IMG/VR virus record: IMGVR_UViG_2671180755_000006
Reading direction: 5' to 3' (one strand)
Origin: a virus
Lineage: Duplodnaviria > Heunggongvirae > Uroviricota > Caudoviricetes
Length of the DNA stretch: 6,045 nt
The position numbers and the translations under genes are program-made. Positions 5,711 through 6,045 of the stretch are shown here, piece by piece (the stretch's first letter is position 1; each line of letters opens with the position of its first letter). The notes beneath the pieces are model-generated. The model searched no databases and was not told the DNA's origin. It saw only the letters and a list, made by a program, of their open reading frames with translations.

Positions 5711-5737
5711 AAACCCGCCCACAAGCGGGTTTTTTTG
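5711..5737 (+). terminator. strong intrinsic terminator (tR'-like)
   Basis: AAAACCCGC-CCACAA-GCGGGTTTTTTTG: GC stem followed by a run of seven T, upstream A-tract complementary to the T-tract. Confidence 0.85.
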
Positions 5738-5856
5738 TGCCACTTATCTCGGATAGACATGGTGAATGCGCTGGTGGAGGAAGCAAGGGTAATTTTTAAC
5801 CAGGTGATTCTTGAATGCTTGCAACATTGATTTCGTAACGTTATTATCCTGCGCCC

Positions 5857-5932
5857 GGCCCTTTAGCTCAGTGGTGAGAGCGAGCGACTCATAATCGCCA
5901 GGCCGCTGGTTCAAATCCAGCAAGGGCCACCA
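5857..5932 (+). tRNA. ileZ: tRNA with CAU anticodon (Met or lysidine-type Ile2), CCA encoded
   Basis: Hand-folded cloverleaf: acceptor GGCCCTT/AAGGGCC, D-stem GCTC/GAGC, anticodon loop CTCATAA, T-arm GCTGG-TTCAAAT-CCAGC, discriminator A. Symbol is by analogy to the ileZ-argN-argO set of Stx phages (from memory). Confidence 0.85.
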
Positions 5933-5939
5933 TCACATA

Positions 5940-6016
5940 CCGCCATTAGCTCATCGGGATAGAACGCCAGCCTTCGAAGCTGGTTTCGCGGGGTTCGAGT
6001 CTCCGATGGCGGTCCA
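5940..6016 (+). tRNA. argN: tRNA-Arg with UCG anticodon, CCA encoded
   Basis: Hand-folded cloverleaf: acceptor CCGCCAT/ATGGCGG, anticodon stem CCAGC/GCTGG with loop CTTCGAA, T-arm CGGGG-TTCGAGT-CTCCG (one G-U pair). One D-stem mismatch. Starts 7 nt after the previous tRNA. Confidence 0.85.
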
Positions 6017-6029
6017 TTATCGGTATTCT

Positions 6030-6045
6030 GCGTTTTTAGCTCAGC
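6030..6045 (+). tRNA. argO: 5' fragment of a third tRNA, truncated by the window end
   Basis: GCGTTTT-TA-GCTCAGC fits acceptor strand, positions 8-9 and start of the D-arm, 13 nt after the previous tRNA. Anticodon not visible; the symbol is a guess from the known trio. Confidence 0.45.

Noticed and set aside
4972-5786. Minus-strand ORFs 4972..5163, 4997..5185, 5516..5743 and 5550..5786
   Set aside because: Antisense to the Q-like gene or crossing the + strand terminator and promoter region; no start context.
1-6045. CRISPR arrays, IS elements, integrase or attachment sites
   Set aside because: No spaced direct-repeat array, no transposase-like ORF and no terminal inverted repeats were seen. 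The only repeats are short: the 9-nt TTAACATTA pair and the 16-bp palindrome.

Overview
This window reads as the right-arm regulatory region of a lambdoid prophage from an enterobacterium (E. coli-like), transcribed left to right on the + strand. It holds a chain of translationally coupled small genes of unknown function (273-2967), then a hok/sok-type type I toxin-antitoxin locus whose toxin gene is mostly hidden by a 109-nt N run. After that come a rem-position small ORF, a 349-aa DUF968/YdfU-like protein with a C-terminal HNH-like Cys/His motif, a RusA resolvase interrupted by a 34-nt N run, a putative Q-like late antiterminator, a late-promoter-like element with a strong intrinsic terminator, and a tRNA cluster (CAU, Arg-UCG, and a third cut by the window end). 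The gene order (hok, rem-like, DUF968, Q) matches what I recall of the Qin prophage, and the tRNA trio after Q matches Stx-converting phages, where the toxin cargo sits just downstream. All homology statements are from memory and motif inspection; no searches were run. The most novel-looking content is the uncharacterised cassette at 993-2967, in particular two tandem mini-ORFs for hydrophobic peptides and a strongly acidic, Trp-rich 103-aa protein. The two N runs cannot be length-faithful, so hok and rusA cannot be judged intact.
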